DNA of 63,945 nt, counting the filler, from Cladosporium halotolerans (Eukaryota), in assembly GCF_011745625.1 (NCBI RefSeq). It is 4 parts of 4 records of this genome, joined end to end, with 100 filler letters (N's around TTAATTAATTAA, not from the genome) between each part and the next. Parts side by side here need not be neighbours in the genome. Positions count along the whole stretch, not along the records: positions 1 to 16,379 come from NW_027191556.1; positions 16,480 to 32,504 come from NW_027191557.1; 2 more parts are not named here. One strand, written 5' to 3'. This document shows, one piece after another, positions 12,989-25,948 of the stretch. The position numbers were made by a program, and so were the translations under genes. Under the pieces are notes generated by a model. That model searched no databases and was not told where the DNA came from. It saw only the letters and a program-made list of their open reading frames with translations. Position 1 is the first letter of the stretch; the number at the start of each line of letters is the position of its first letter.

Positions 12989-14237
12989 ATGAGCCGTCAA
13001 ACGCTTTCACAACAGCTTCCCAGCAGCCATGGTAGGTGGCGGATGATCAACAGTGTGCTGCTGCTGGACGAGTTCCCCGACCTCTTCGTTAGCTTCCTCG
13101 CCCCAAGACCGACCCTCAACCCCAACTATGCTGCTGTCCGGAGAGCCTCTGAATCTTCAATGCTTAGGTTTGGCCATCTGTTAAGCGAGTAGTAGATTCT
13201 CCTAACCTCTCCGCTAGATCCTGCGATTGGACCGCCCGCCAGACTCAAGCAATCGTTGAATGCAACTTCCCCTATTTTGCGGCTGTGATGGTCCCCTTTG
13301 CCGACGCTAAGCTCCTACGCATACTTTACGATTGGGGAAATTGGATCTTTCCTTTCGACGATTTGTTTGACAATGGCAACTTCCGCAAGGATATCGCTAG
13401 AGCTTCAAAGGTGATGGATACTCTGGAAGCAACCTTTGATGAAGGTAGCAAGAGCGTGCGGACCCAACAAGATGACTGCAAGAACATCAAGCCACTGCTC
13501 GATATTGCACGCTTGCGCGACAGTATATTCTCGGCCATCAGAGCGCATGCTTCTCTTGGTGAGTAGATCCACTTCCTGGGTCAACCATCGGTAGCCACGG
13601 AGTCACATATTCCAAGCATACGTACACGCGAGACAGCAGTTGCTGACTTACGGTGATAGGTATCTGCGGCCGGTATGTTTCTTCAATGGCCAAGTACTCC
13701 GGGGGCACAATGGCACAGGTGCGACAGGTGCAGACGGCGCAAGGAGCAAGCTTTGAACGTGTCCTCACGCATACACGGCAGTCCGTTTGCGTCGCACCCC
13801 TTTTTGCACTGGTCGAACATGGGCATCGCATCTGCCTTCCAGATGAAATTTTTGGTGACCACAGAGTTCAGAGCGCTCAGAGGCTGGGCATCGAGATCAC
13901 ACTACTTCACAGTGACATGCTTTCGTACCCCAAAGAGGAAAAGGAAGGAGTCCCGCATAATGTCATCACGGCCTGCAGGATGCAAGGTATGAGTGCGCAA
14001 ACAGCCATGGATTTTGTCGGCTCGGAGGTTTCGCACCGCATCGCAGACTTTGAGCGTACGGCATGCGAGCTCGACAATTTCAGAAACGAATGGGCAAACG
14101 AGCTCGTGCGCTACATCCAGGGCATCAGAGACGTGATCAAAGCAAACTTGCATTAGAGCTTTCACTCAGAGAGATTTCTCTCGTCTGAACAAAGGTTTAC
14201 GCTGCTGAAAGAAGGCACTTGCACATTGCCAGCGTAA
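12989..14237 (+). pseudogene. Class I terpene (sesquiterpene-type) synthase with a premature TAG; exons 12989-13167, 13218-13558, 13660-14237
   Basis: DWGNWIFPFDDLFD (DDxxD), altered NSE motif HSDMLSYPKE, and ANLH*SFHSERF where WSxxxxRY is expected (TAG 14154-14156). The start may be 12989 or 13043. Confidence 0.85.
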
Positions 14238-14441
14238 TTCCTGGCGCTCCAACAGCATCCGAAGTTGCTCTTGTCAGTGATACAAGCAAGCGTGTCCGAT
14301 GCCGACGGTGGCCGACCTTCTCCCGGTATGACACAATGGCCTTGCACCGCTGAGACCCGATCCTGATCATAACGCGTCGCCCTATCCATGGACTTATCGA
14401 GATTCGACAAATAACTTGGAAAGAAGCGTCTTTTTCCATCA

Positions 14442-16257
14442 CGTATCGAAGGCGCCCTTGACATCAAGAAGCAGCACAAGCGCGGTACGCTTCCTACTCC
14501 AGGCGCCCCCGACCTTGGTGACCAATTGGGCTATCGCATCTGCTGTTCCTCTTCCTCGACGGCAGCCGAACTGTCCTGGATGGAAGATCTCGTCTTTCTC
14601 ACAGAAGGATGTGATCCAAGTCGCATCCGCCCTCTCAACCGCTTTACCTAGACAGCTGAGCAGACTGATGACCCGATAGGCCTTCGCAACGGTGTAGCTG
14701 GGTTTTCCCTGCTTGCGCAACAGAATGCCTTTTACGGTCTTCCACGTGGAAGGGTGGTACCCTGTCCGTATGCATCCTTGGACTAGGGCCACAATTCGTA
14801 CCTCAGCCCACCGCCACAGCAGCCGGAGTGCTTTGAACCCGATGCCGTCCACTCCCGGGGCTTTCTTAACAGACTGTGAAAACAATGCCTCACGGACTTG
14901 ACCCGCACTGACACTAGTCCTCGTGTCTGGTATCTGGATTTCTTCCTCGTCGCTGGCTTGTGGTGGGAAGGCTTGTGCCATAAAGATTTCTTCTTTCTCT
15001 TCTGCTGTCGCCACTACCTTATCCGACTGCCCGTCAGCGCCGCTAGCCTTGATTGCTGGTGTGTACGACGGCATCTGCGGCTCCGTGTATCCGAGTGCTT
15101 TCCAGCATCGTTCAGGATCATTAGCGGTTTTCGAGTGGTCTTCATTCGAAAAGACGCCCTCAAGAAAGCGTTCCCAGGCTAGACGCTTGGCTTTCCGGAT
15201 CCGACGGTAGTAATTATTTCTCACTTGACGGTACTCGTCGAAACTGATCCGGTCGTCGTTGAAGGCACGTCTGGCGCCTCCAAACAGCCGTCTCTCCTGT
15301 TTGATGTCGTCTGTCAACCACCCGCTTTGAGCATGCACACGGCGGCCTCCCAGGTGCATGTCGATCCAGCACTGCCTTGAGACTGTCTTGTATCCAGCAC
15401 GCTTCAGCTTCGAGCTCTGTCGGTGTCGCCGCCCAGGCACTGGCCAGCGCCCTTCCCTCACTCAGCTCATGCCAGTGCTCGCCGGCCTCTTTCAACGCCT
15501 CTTCATCTGCGCAAAGACGGTCTATGTCCCAGTTCGGCGGGACGTCTGTTTGCCTTTCTGGAGCGGTCACATTGAGCGGCGTCCACTCGAAGACGATGAC
15601 CTCGTGGTCAGATGTTGTGGCCAGGTCCTCGTCTATTTCCCAGGTACTGAGCGCACCCACTCCGCGGGTGCTCAGGGTCAAATCGATGACTGACTTGCAG
15701 TTATTTCCTCGTCTGGTGAGTTGGTGGTAGTTGTTGTTGACAATGAGGTCGTGCCTCTCAATCAATTGTTCAGTAGTTCCTGCATTCTGCTTTCCCGCAA
15801 CCCATGGGTCCCACTCAGGACTGCACGCGTCAAAGTCGCCTGCGAGTATGGTCCTGCCTTGGATAAGCGATGACCAATCGATGTGGTCGATCGTGTATCC
15901 CCCGCCTTGGACTCTGGCTTTGTTATAAACATGGATCAGACTGGTCCGGCGCGTCTTTCTGCGGTTCGTTGTCTCCCAGATGTCGAGACACTGCACGTGA
16001 GGGCCGTTTACCAGGTCAGTCCTCTCCTCGAACACGTATCGATCCAGTGCGTCGTTGCGGATTGCCAAAGCCACTCTCGCCTCTTGCTTCGCACACTCCG
16101 AGTACCTAAGCTGGAACCCAGGGTGGCTGATCGTGTGCCTCCTTCCCACGTGCGGCTCTTGCAAGCATGCAACTTCGGCTCCACGCTCAATGGCAGCCTC
16201 GAGCGCTGCCGTCATCGACACCACCGTGCCGTTGCAATTATGTTGAAGCACTATCAT
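14442..16257 (-). pseudogene. LINE ORF2 (endonuclease and N-terminal RT), frameshifted and truncated
   Basis: ORFs 15214-16257 and 14439-15461 join across one frameshift; no YxDD region is present. Confidence 0.88.
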
Positions 16258-16282
16258 CGTCGATGGACATGTAAGTCTCGTC

Positions 16283-16379
16283 CAGAGAGTACACCGACAG
16301 TCATGTCCAATAATTTTGCCATGTTCATGTCATGTGCAGTGGGAAAAATCTATGTTCATATTCATGTCGCGTCATGTGC
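16283..16379. mobile_element. hAT terminus identical to 2-98 (inverted), inserted at the LINE ORF1/ORF2 boundary
   Basis: 97-bp perfect reverse-complement match; starts CAGAGAGTACACC and runs into the gap. Confidence 0.8.
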
Positions 16380-16479
16380 NNNNNNNNNNNNNNNNNNNNN
16401 NNNNNNNNNNNNNNNNNNNNNNNTTAATTAATTAANNNNNNNNNNNNNNNNNNNNNNNNNNNNNNNNNNNNNNNNNNNN
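16380..16479. other. Assembly gap with artificial spacer
   Basis: N-run containing TTAATTAATTAA. Confidence 0.98.
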
Positions 16480-17670
16480 GATGAAGGGTGAGCAGAATGC
16501 GTCAGTCGCGCCGAACATAGCTGTGCCTGTCCGCAGCAGATAGTCGGCATCGACTCTGTTCTTCAGCCAGACCACCATCGATCCTACCTTCTTCTTTGCG
16601 TCAACCTTACTGAGCCACGTGGCCTTCATCACCGTGCACTCCGCCGTCTCACAGCTGTTGTCCGCCTTGAAGTCCTTCGCAAAGTCCTTATTTAGCGTCT
16701 TACCGTCGTTCACTTCCTGGTCCAGCACGCACTGCTTCACGACACTGTCAAACTTCACCGGATACCACTGCTCACCTTTGACGCGCGCGCCAGCCAGGCT
16801 CGACGTCAGCCAGCGAGTGTGCTGCTTGGCCTTGTTTGCCTCTTCCTTGTCAGAGAACACTACGTCGATCCTATCGCCTGGGCCAGGCCGCAGAGACTTG
16901 ATTGTCAGCTTTTCTGTGACTTTGTTAACCTTGAGTCCAGCGCGCAGGCCGTCCCTGATGACATTGTAGTTGTTCTTTGATCCCTTGAACCTGCCCATAT
17001 CGATAGACACTGCTCTGTCGTCCTGCACCTGTGGCTTTTCCTTGCGGACCTGTGAGCTGTTTGCCGATGCAGACCTGGTCTGAGAGCTCTGCAAACCAAC
17101 AGACGTGCCGTTGTTCGCCGTGATCTCGCCGTAGCTCCTAGGCCTTGGGCTTTCTTGCAATAGTGCCTTCAGTGCTTTGATCTCTTCGCCTTGTGCTTTT
17201 ATGGTCTCCATCATGGCCTGGTTGCTCTCCAGCAGTGCCTTATTGCGGTCCAACATGGCCTTGTTGCTCTCCAGGAACGCCTTCTGGCTCTCCGTCGCTT
17301 GCCTTTGAGCCGCCACCAGCTGTGCGATGGTCTCTGCCATCGCTGCAAGCTTGTCGTTGACGCTTTCCTCAGCCTTTCTCTTACGCGCCGCAGTGGACGC
17401 GGCCTCAAACCCGGGCGTAGCCTGCTGCGAGACCTCGCCACCCTCCACCGCACTTGGTATGACCCGCATCCTCGTTCTCTTCGCTCCTCCCGCCTTCGCC
17501 TTCCCTCTCGTCACCATTTGCCACTCCGCCCCCCCTCCGCCCTCCGACCCCGCATCAGCGGCGAAGCCGGCGGCGACAGCGGGCGTCGAGCTTCGAGCTC
17601 CAGCACCTTCCCCACATCCACCACCACCTCCCCCCACGTCGATAACATCGTTTTGAGTGATTTCAGTCAT
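16480..17670 (-). CDS. LINE ORF1 (gag-like), partial, runs into the gap
   Basis: Long open frame with a coiled-coil heptad repeat and GEQWYPVKFD..., lying upstream of ORF2. Confidence 0.8.
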
Positions 17671-17709
17671 GACAGATCACCTTCTTCCTCAAAGTAGACG
17701 CGGTTCGCG

Positions 17710-17765
17710 GGGTAACTGTTAGGTGTTTAGCTCGCTTATCTGTTCAGCTCGCTTATCATGCACGT
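17710..17765. mobile_element. Isolated pogo/Fot1-type TIR remnant
   Basis: Reverse complement reads TA|ACGTGCATGATAAGCGAGCTGAACAGATAAGCGAGC, with a 17-bp internal direct repeat (17724-17740, 17741-17757). The flanking TA (17766-17767) corresponds to TA 5309-5310 in the paralog. Confidence 0.65.
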
Positions 17766-19015
17766 TATCGGTTCTGCCCCATGCGTAACTGCTGTGGGGC
17801 GCAAAAAGTTCCACAGGTCACCTTCTTCAATCCAAGAGAGCTGTCGCGCCGGGCTTGGTTGGTCCTGCGAGCAGCTTGGTTAATTTACACCACGTCGCTA
17901 CAATGACCTTTCCATTTGCAAACAGGCTGGCGCCTTCCTGAAAATGCTAAACAAGAAGTGCGGATTACGATACTACTTTGAGCAATCTACCCATCAATAT
18001 CGCAAAATTTTTGGCGCCTGTTCAGCGCTCAACATGGAGTTTCAATACGACACGCATGTCGACGCTCTGTCGCGCTATATAGCTCAGCTGGCCTTGCAAG
18101 CAACCACATCTCAGCAACCAAGCAGAAACCAAAACTTCACGAGAAGAGCCTCCGTGCTAGCGATGCAAACCTCTCCGCTCTCATAACCCTTCACAAACTC
18201 GAGTCCTCAATGAGTACGGTGAGACGTCTCGTGGTTCGTTTCATATGACCGTCGTCGGCATGGTCCTACGTTGGGAAAGTGCGCGGAATTCTGATGAGTC
18301 ACGTCATGGATACAATGTCATCAGCCTGTTGAATCTAACCACGATATATCCGCAAGCTAGTATATCCTGGATGCTGAAGGTTTTGCGCTTTCGCTTGCAC
18401 AATTTAATCAGAAGTTTCGGTCTGATTTGGCTTGCTCTTTTTGCCACCGGAAGGTGTCCTTACGGAAGGATGGGACCGCCAAACCCAAGGGTTTCGAGGC
18501 GCATTAGCCGCAGAACCGGTAAAGGGCCAATTCGTTGCCGTCTGCTATAGCATCATGTTTTATGGTCAATTAGCTGCTCTCAACTGGGAGTGCATCTGGC
18601 TGAAAGAGCCGAGGAGGTTTCACGCATCTCTTCGTGCAACCGAGGCAGACATCCCCGCGATCCCCGCTCATTGGAGCCTTGGCAAACAAAGCCTTTAGTT
18701 GCTTCTCCGCAGAGATCGACACATCCTTTGTCCTAGCTAGGATCGACTTCTACGCACCACAAAGAGCCGTGGCTCCACGGCACGTGGTTGCAGGGATGCT
18801 CCCTGCCGTCATCTTGATATGACAGTGAGATTCAACCAAGTTGACGCTTTTCCAAGCCTTGGCTCCGACAAACATCTTGGCCCGCGGCATCAGAGTCACG
18901 TGCAATTTATGATTTAAATGCCCCGTCGTCGAACGGCTTTTGACCGAGAACTTGCCTGTCTTATCTTTGCGAGCTATTTCAAGAATACACTATCAACCGA
19001 GGAGACTAGTCAGCT

Positions 19016-20947
19016 ATGGAGAAAAATGGGTACGCCGACAAGCGCCTGGAGAATGCTTCTTGGTCCCCGCCATCTCAGAGCAGGCACACACCTGGCGGAG
19101 ACGAACAATTACTGCAATCCTGGAGCAATCACGAACAGAGAAAACTCATTCGCAGGGTCGATGCCAGGTTGATCCCAATGTGCGGTGTAATGTACTGTGT
19201 CTCCCTTTTGGACAGGACAAACCTGTCGAATGCGGTTATTGCTGGCATGGGTGAGGAGCTTATGCTCGCAAACATCGACGGCGTGGACCGCTACGTATTG
19301 ACATCTCTGCCTAAACCGTATTCGCGAACGAATGACTAACTAGTCTACAGTCTATCGTCACACTCGTCTTTTTCATCACCTACACACTGTGCCAGCCTCC
19401 CGCCACGATCCTTTGCCGCAAGATTGGGCCCCGGGTCTTTCTCTCTACCATCACCCTGTTGTGGGGTCTGATCATGTTGGGCATGGGCTTTGTTGAGCAC
19501 TGGGCCACCTTGATCGGTTTGCGTCTGGTCCTAGGAATATTCGAGGTACGCAAATGGCTTCTGCGCTTCATCGTTACTGTATCTAACGACCGCTCGTGAG
19601 AAGGCTGGGTTCTTTCCCGGTGTCGTGTATCTCTTGTCGACATGGTACACGCGGTATGAGGTAGGCAAGCGGTATGCCGCTTTCTATCTAATTGGCTGTG
19701 TTGCTTCTGCGTTCGGTGGCATTCTCGCGTTTGGTTTGATGCAGATGGAAGGCGTTGCGGGTGAGTCGGTGGATCTCCTCCAGTCAAATGTCACCCTTAA
19801 CAAAATTCAGGCTACGGCGGATGGCGCTGGATATTCATCATTGAAGGGCTTGTAAGTGCGCCCCTCCGCCATTACTGTTCGAGAGGGCCTTGCCCACTCT
19901 TCCGAATCCTTTCATACAGTTCATTCCTTGCATGACTATTTCAAGTGCGTATTATGCTGATGTTTTCTTTAGTTGACGGTCGTTATCGCGTGTCTCGGCT
20001 ACGTATATCTCAGGTCCTTTCCAGACAATGAAGGATCACGAAGTCTGCGCTTCTTGACGGAGGAAGAACGGCTTTGCATCCTCGCTCGTGTCAACCATGA
20101 CCGTGGCGATGCTAATGTCGAGCGTTTCAACCTGAAAAAGTGGGCTGCGTCCGGCTTAGATTGGAAGGTAAAGGAAACCAATTGAACGCTACAGGGAAAT
20201 AGCACTAACGATTCGTCAGATTTGGGCTTACGCCACAATTTTCGGTTCTATTACCACCGTGTCGTACGCACTAGCATACTGTAAGCGTCCCGGCTATAAT
20301 TCTTGCACGATAAGCCCTGATCCTTGCGATAGTCCTCCCACAGATTCTGGACTACAGCCTCGGCTTTGATACTGGTACATCGCAGTGCCTCATTGCCCCA
20401 CCGTATGTTTTTGCAGGCATTATGGTGAGTGTTGTGCTTCCCTCTTTAGCTATTCTCTATCGAAGTACCGCTGAAAGGTCCGCAGATGCTTCTCACGGGA
20501 TGGTGGGGTGACAAATACCATATGCGCGGGCCTGCTTGCGCGTTCAACGCCACAATGGCTCTCATCGGCCTTGCAATTGTTGGCTTCCACAGCAACGCGA
20601 AGGTACGGTATTTTGGCGTGTTTTTTGCTACGGCTGGCGCAAATGCGAACGTACCGGTCGCCATGTCGTACCAGGCAAACAACATTCGCGGACAATGGAA
20701 GCGAGCATTTTGCTCAGCGACTCTCGTCGGATTTGGTGCGTTGGGAGGTATTGTGGGGTCAACAGTTTTCAGAAGCGAGGATGCTCCTGACTACGTGCCG
20801 GGAATTAGCGTCGCTATGGGGTCGCAGGCATTAATCTTGGTACTTGTGGGCCTGCTCACAATAGATTTCAAGCGCCAGAACAAGAAGGCGGACCGGGGCG
20901 AGAAGGTTCTGGAAGAGGGTGACAAGCACTTTCGATACACCCTTTGA
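19016..20947 (+). CDS. MFS transporter, Dal5/ACS family, copy B, intact; exons 19016-19294, 19351-19545, 19604-19760, 19811-19851, 19973-20167, 20220-20280, 20333-20424, 20486-20947; 493 aa
   Basis: All seven introns are GT-AG and keep the frame. Motifs as in copy A plus APPY, YQANNIRGQWKRA and C-terminal FRYTL. Confidence 0.93.
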
Positions 20948-22198
20948 AACGAAACAGAGTTTCTGTGGTGGTGGCAAGGTTGGTTGGGGGATGATGTTGT
21001 GTAAAGCGTTGAAAGTAGACAAAGGAGCCAAGCCGCTTTGACTTTCATCCGAAATATTCCATCATTTTAGACTGCAGTCGTCGCAGATTAATTTGGAAGC
21101 AAAACCATCCCCTCTGGTATCCCATGCGAAAAGGAGACGCCAAGCTCATTCAACTCTGACTCACAACCCACCACCTTCCGCACTCACGAGATGCTGGGGG
21201 ACGCCGTCCTCGCTCTGGCCACCGCTGACAAGGATCCCACCTTTCGCAGCGCATCTCAAGATCTTAGTGCCTGTGCTGGTGTGGCTATTACAAATTCCGC
21301 ACAATTCCAGAGATGCTTCGGTAGCAGTGGCGCCGAAGTCGACACCAGCATTCCCAAGCTGTGGAGACTGCTCATTATGGCATGGAATGAATTTTTTTAT
21401 CGCCACGCAGCTCGAGGAGTCGCGTCTGGCAATTTCCGGGGCGTCCAATAATGAAGGAATCTAGAACAGCATGCGGCAACGAAGAGTATAGGGCCGTGGG
21501 TGGACCGCCTCATGATGAATGAAAGAGGGCTACCTCGTGATGCGAATTCAAACAATTTCATCGATCACCAGTCCTCCTTCCCACGCCAAAGCAAAGAATC
21601 CCAATACCAATGACCACCGATAATAACAGTAATGCAACATATTTGCAAAAGCACGACGTGATAGGAATGGCAGCCTTGGAAGTTGCCATCGAAAGACCAG
21701 CCAAAGTAATGCTTCTGCAATAGTCGTACTTTGGCAAGAAGCATGCGATCAGCTGTGGAGGCTACCAGATACGCTGGCCAGGACATGAGAAGAGAGACAC
21801 AAGAGTGGCATTGGCCACACCCTTGATATACTTGACTCGCACGTAGTCGAAGAGAGAACGATCGGATCGATAATCGCATACAACGTCTGGATGTTTGGGA
21901 GACGCGGTGCCATCAAGAGTGAAGACAAACGAGGGTACTGTAAAGCAAAGTCCGGAAACATCGATGAAAATCCATCTTCTAAGGAAACACCTCCGGCTTG
22001 GTTTTAGCCCTGTTTGTAGTCTGCTTCAATGCTTTCCGAGAGGTAAGGCAAGCCTTCACCCGCAACGTTTCACGTCTGCGTTATGACCGGATGCTGGTCT
22101 GGTGTCTTAGTAGATAAACAACGTCCGCAGGCGATCTCCCGAATGTTTCTCCCGTCATGGACGAGTAGGAAAAAGTTGAGATCGGGATACACGTTATT

Positions 22199-24032
22199 CT
22201 AGACTTTCTCGCGCTGTTCAATCATGTGCCTATGAATATCATGGCCAGCGACGCTGCCCCTCTTGTGCTCTTGCTCGGCAGCGATGTCCGAGATGCTGCC
22301 TCCTTGGTTTTCGCCCCTCATTCCGACGTCGGCCAATGCCACCTCTGGCCTAACATTCTTGCTCCGCCATGCTTTGCTAGTGTGATCTGCAGAAAAACCT
22401 TTAGCATAACTGCCGGAAAAGCACGGCTCTCGAGAGTCGCATGAGCGAAGGAGGACTTACCATAGAGCTCATTCACCTGTTCGAGGGTGAGATTCTTCGT
22501 CTCGTAAATCATGAACCAAACGAACGCAACCGCGATCCAACAGAATCCACCCCAGATCCAAAAAATGTTTGGTCCTAGGTCCGCATAGTCTGCACCCGTC
22601 AAATAAGGTGTTATGAAAGCCAGCAGCCAATTGAAGAACCAGTTCGCCGCTGTTGTCATACTTAAGCACTTTGCCCTCGTTTTTAGCGGGAATATCTCGC
22701 CGGTGACCACCCATGCGGCAGGGCCGAACGTGGAGGCAAAGAAAGATATGTAGATGCAGATGAAGGCGAACTGCGCCGCGACCGAAGCGGCGTTTTGCAA
22801 ATTGGTAGAAACACCGCATGCAGAGACGATGTACTGCGATATACCCATACCTAGGGCACCGGCGAGTAAAACTGGCCTGCGGCCAAGCTTGTCGATAGCA
22901 TAAAGGCCAGGAAAGGTCGACACGACGTTGACAACATTGGTGATGACTTGCAGGATGAAGGGGGAAGGCAGTGAAGTGGCACCGCGGGATTGAAAATAGG
23001 AAGTCCCCTGCGCATTGTCAGCGATACCGCCTACGTCATTTCATTTCCAGCCAAAGCATACGTAATAGAAGATGAAGTTGATCCCAACAAGCTGCTGAAG
23101 GCACTGCAATACCACGCCTGTAAGAAGACGCTTGCCGACACTGCCTTTGAAGCAACCAATATAAGAGGCCTTCCCAAGTGACTTCTCATATTGGTAGTTC
23201 GCATGAATTTCCTGATGCTCCTGGATTAAGGCGGGGTGGCCTAATTCAAGTCTGCGGAGGAATTTAAGAGACTCCATTGCCTTTTCGCTTTTTCCTTTCT
23301 TGATCAAGAACCGAGGGGTCTCGGGTAGCATCAACATCCCCCCGCAAAGGATGATAGACCATGCAAATTGTATGGCCAAAGGAATACGGTAGGAGCCACT
23401 GTCTGTGCGATCCTGCGTACCATAGTTCACCAGAGCTGCTAGAAGCAAGCCGATAGTGATGCACAGTTGGTAGCTTCCGACCACAAAGCCCCGAATCCAC
23501 GCTGGAAGTGTCTCTGATTGATACATTGGAACTAAGGATTCATAATCAGCTTTTGCCGATCCGGGACGATAGAGGCTCACGCACCCTGTACGGATACAAG
23601 GCCAACACCAAGGCCAGCGAAGAACCGTCCGGCATTGAATAGACTTCGTTCCGTCGCAGCCACCTGCAGGATAACACCTAGATTAAAAGGAATGCCAGCA
23701 GACAAGATCAGACCCCATTTTCGTCCTGCGAAATCGGCGAGAATCCCGGCAAGAAGAGCCCCAACGAATGTACCAACGGAAAGAATCGAGACTATCAATG
23801 AAATTTCTCCCGCGTCCACTCGAAGGCTACCTGGTTCGATACGGTAGTCGACTCCCTCATTTAGACCTGGAAAAAACTGTTTTATCCAGTAAGGCATTCC
23901 TTGGATACCGCTGATTGTTCCCGTGTCGTAGCCATAGAGAATGCCGCCGAAGGCTGCAATCATACCAACCATGATGGCCGGCCACGCAGCACCTGGCTCG
24001 TTTTTAGGTTTCGCGAGAGCGAAGAATCCCAT
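22199..24032 (-). CDS. MFS sugar porter, copy B, intact, 4 exons
   Basis: Same exon structure and motifs as 6508-8334; last exon open to TAG at 22199-22201. Confidence 0.93.
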
Positions 24033-25948
24033 TATGTGGACCTTAGCTTGTTAAAATTTGGGTTGTCAGATGCAAACTGAGGATTGTCTTGAGCTTTCCG
24101 TTCCAGTAAGTAAGGAGACAAATAGTTCGAAAAGGGCACCGGTCTTTGCTGGGAAAGCAGAGGAAAGGGCGCCTACAAGCCAAGGCCATCTTGAGATTCT
24201 TCCGTCCGCCGTCGTCAAGCTCAAACCTATACAATTCCGCGGAGACCACGAGAAATGACATACGCCGGGACAGGCGCTAGAAACAAGCTTGCGAGTATTC
24301 TCGCTTGGGCCTGTTCTTGGCACTCGTTTAATACTCCAAGAGGGCTGACCTGTTTTCGCGGAGTGTTCACTCTCGGCAGTGAGCTGTGCTAAGCGCCCCT
24401 TCAAGTAGAAATCATCGATCCAAAACTTCGACATTTTAGCTTAGCAGTTGCCTAACCTTCAATTTGCATGAAATTCTCTAGTGATTGATTCCTGTCATCA
24501 GCGCCTTGTGGCTTGGATTGGAGAAAGCTTCCTCTGGTGGCTCAGGAGATTTCCCATTCCATGTATGAAGTGCTTGTGGTCTATTGAAACGCCAACAACT
24601 CCCACGTTGACCACGAAACCCACCTGCTTGGCCTTGGCCATATCCGGCAACTTGCAGCTGCAGAGCGACCTCATTTTCATCAATCGGCCGGTGTTCCAAC
24701 CCGATCCAGGAGTGTTGACATGCCACGACATATACCATTTACAGTTTCTTTGTACAACATGGGAGGGCCACGAATGGATGGCGGCCCTGCCACCTCCCGC
24801 GGCGCGGATACAGTTAGATGTATCTGCGAGGTGGGAGTAATCAATACGAGCTTAACTCAAGCTTGCAGAAGACCCATCCAATCGTGCTCGGCTGTACATC
24901 TCCTACAGGCGAATACGGCATCTCCTCGCTCCTCGGCAAGTTTCTCCGATCTGGGTCTACGTCATGGTGACCTGGATCTCCAGGCAAGGAACGACAATCG
25001 TCCCATACAAACAGCGGCATTCCGTGTTTCCATAGCTGGAGGTTCAAGGTCTTCCTGAGGCGGCATGCTTGTGTTGCCGCTTGTTCGGTCTTTGTCCAGA
25101 ATTTCCCGGGAATCGAACACTCACTACCGCCAAAGAGATAATACACACTTGTCTCGCCCGCAATGAACAATAGTAGCCGGTCAATTGATAAAAACCAATT
25201 CCGAAACAAGATCTAAACAACTACGGCTACCAAACAGGAAAGCTGTAGCTCATAGAAAAGCGCAGTTTCCTGCAGAAAAGCGTTTGGGAACGGTGTGACA
25301 GTTTCACTTGGAATTCGGCTGCGCTCCGCGAGACGCGGGAAAAGCTGAAACACGTTAAATCGCATCCGGTAACTCAGATGCCAGAATGCAGTATAGCATT
25401 TTGAGCGGTGAGGATTTGGACCACGACATAGTGGAAGGCCGTGGACTTACGCGAACTGAGTGGGAAGCACTTCTGAGCTCGCGGACCTTCGGTCACCATG
25501 TCAGTCACATATGCACGTTGCAGCAGCGGAAAACTTGTCTTCGTTAGTTCCGTGCTAATAGCGGCGTCAACTGCCGTCGACCCCCGTCGCAGCGGGACGA
25601 GCACTATTGGCGCCGAACACGTAATGCTCGTTTAAGTCTTGGATGCGAGCAAACGCGGTGTCGGTACCCGCCCCTGGCACGCCGATCAGCGTATTACCAA
25701 GGGTCCTGACGGTTTGTGTCGAGCATCTCCACGGTGCACTAGGCTTATTTCAGGTGGCCCAACACCGTACCTTCATCGGTATTTCTCACCACACAACCGT
25801 TTCTTGGGCGTTACAGCCTACGTTGTGTCGAGCCCTACAAACCAAGTTTCAATTCATTGATCGACCTGGATCTGAATGACCGGATTTTTCGAGGTTAAAT
25901 CTGAACCGAACGTCAAGACACACCGCATTATCAGATCCCATACAATTC

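Larger units (their letters stand above)
14442..17700 (-). mobile_element. Tad1-like LINE: ORF1 plus ORF2 (APE endonuclease, partial RT), 3'-truncated, spans an assembly gap
   Basis: ORF2 has LQHNC, LQEP, GDFDA, SVIDLT, SDH, KKAPGVDG, YRVISLL and QFGCR, and stops abruptly after LLDVKGAFD. Frameshift near 15325. Confidence 0.92.

Noticed and set aside
16424..16435. TTAATTAATTAA repeated three times (also in the gaps at 32505-32604 and 48296-48395)
   Set aside because: Embedded in N-runs; an artificial all-frame stop spacer from scaffolding.
21050..21950. Coding-like fragments between the convergent transporters
   Set aside because: Multiple stops and no family motif I can identify.
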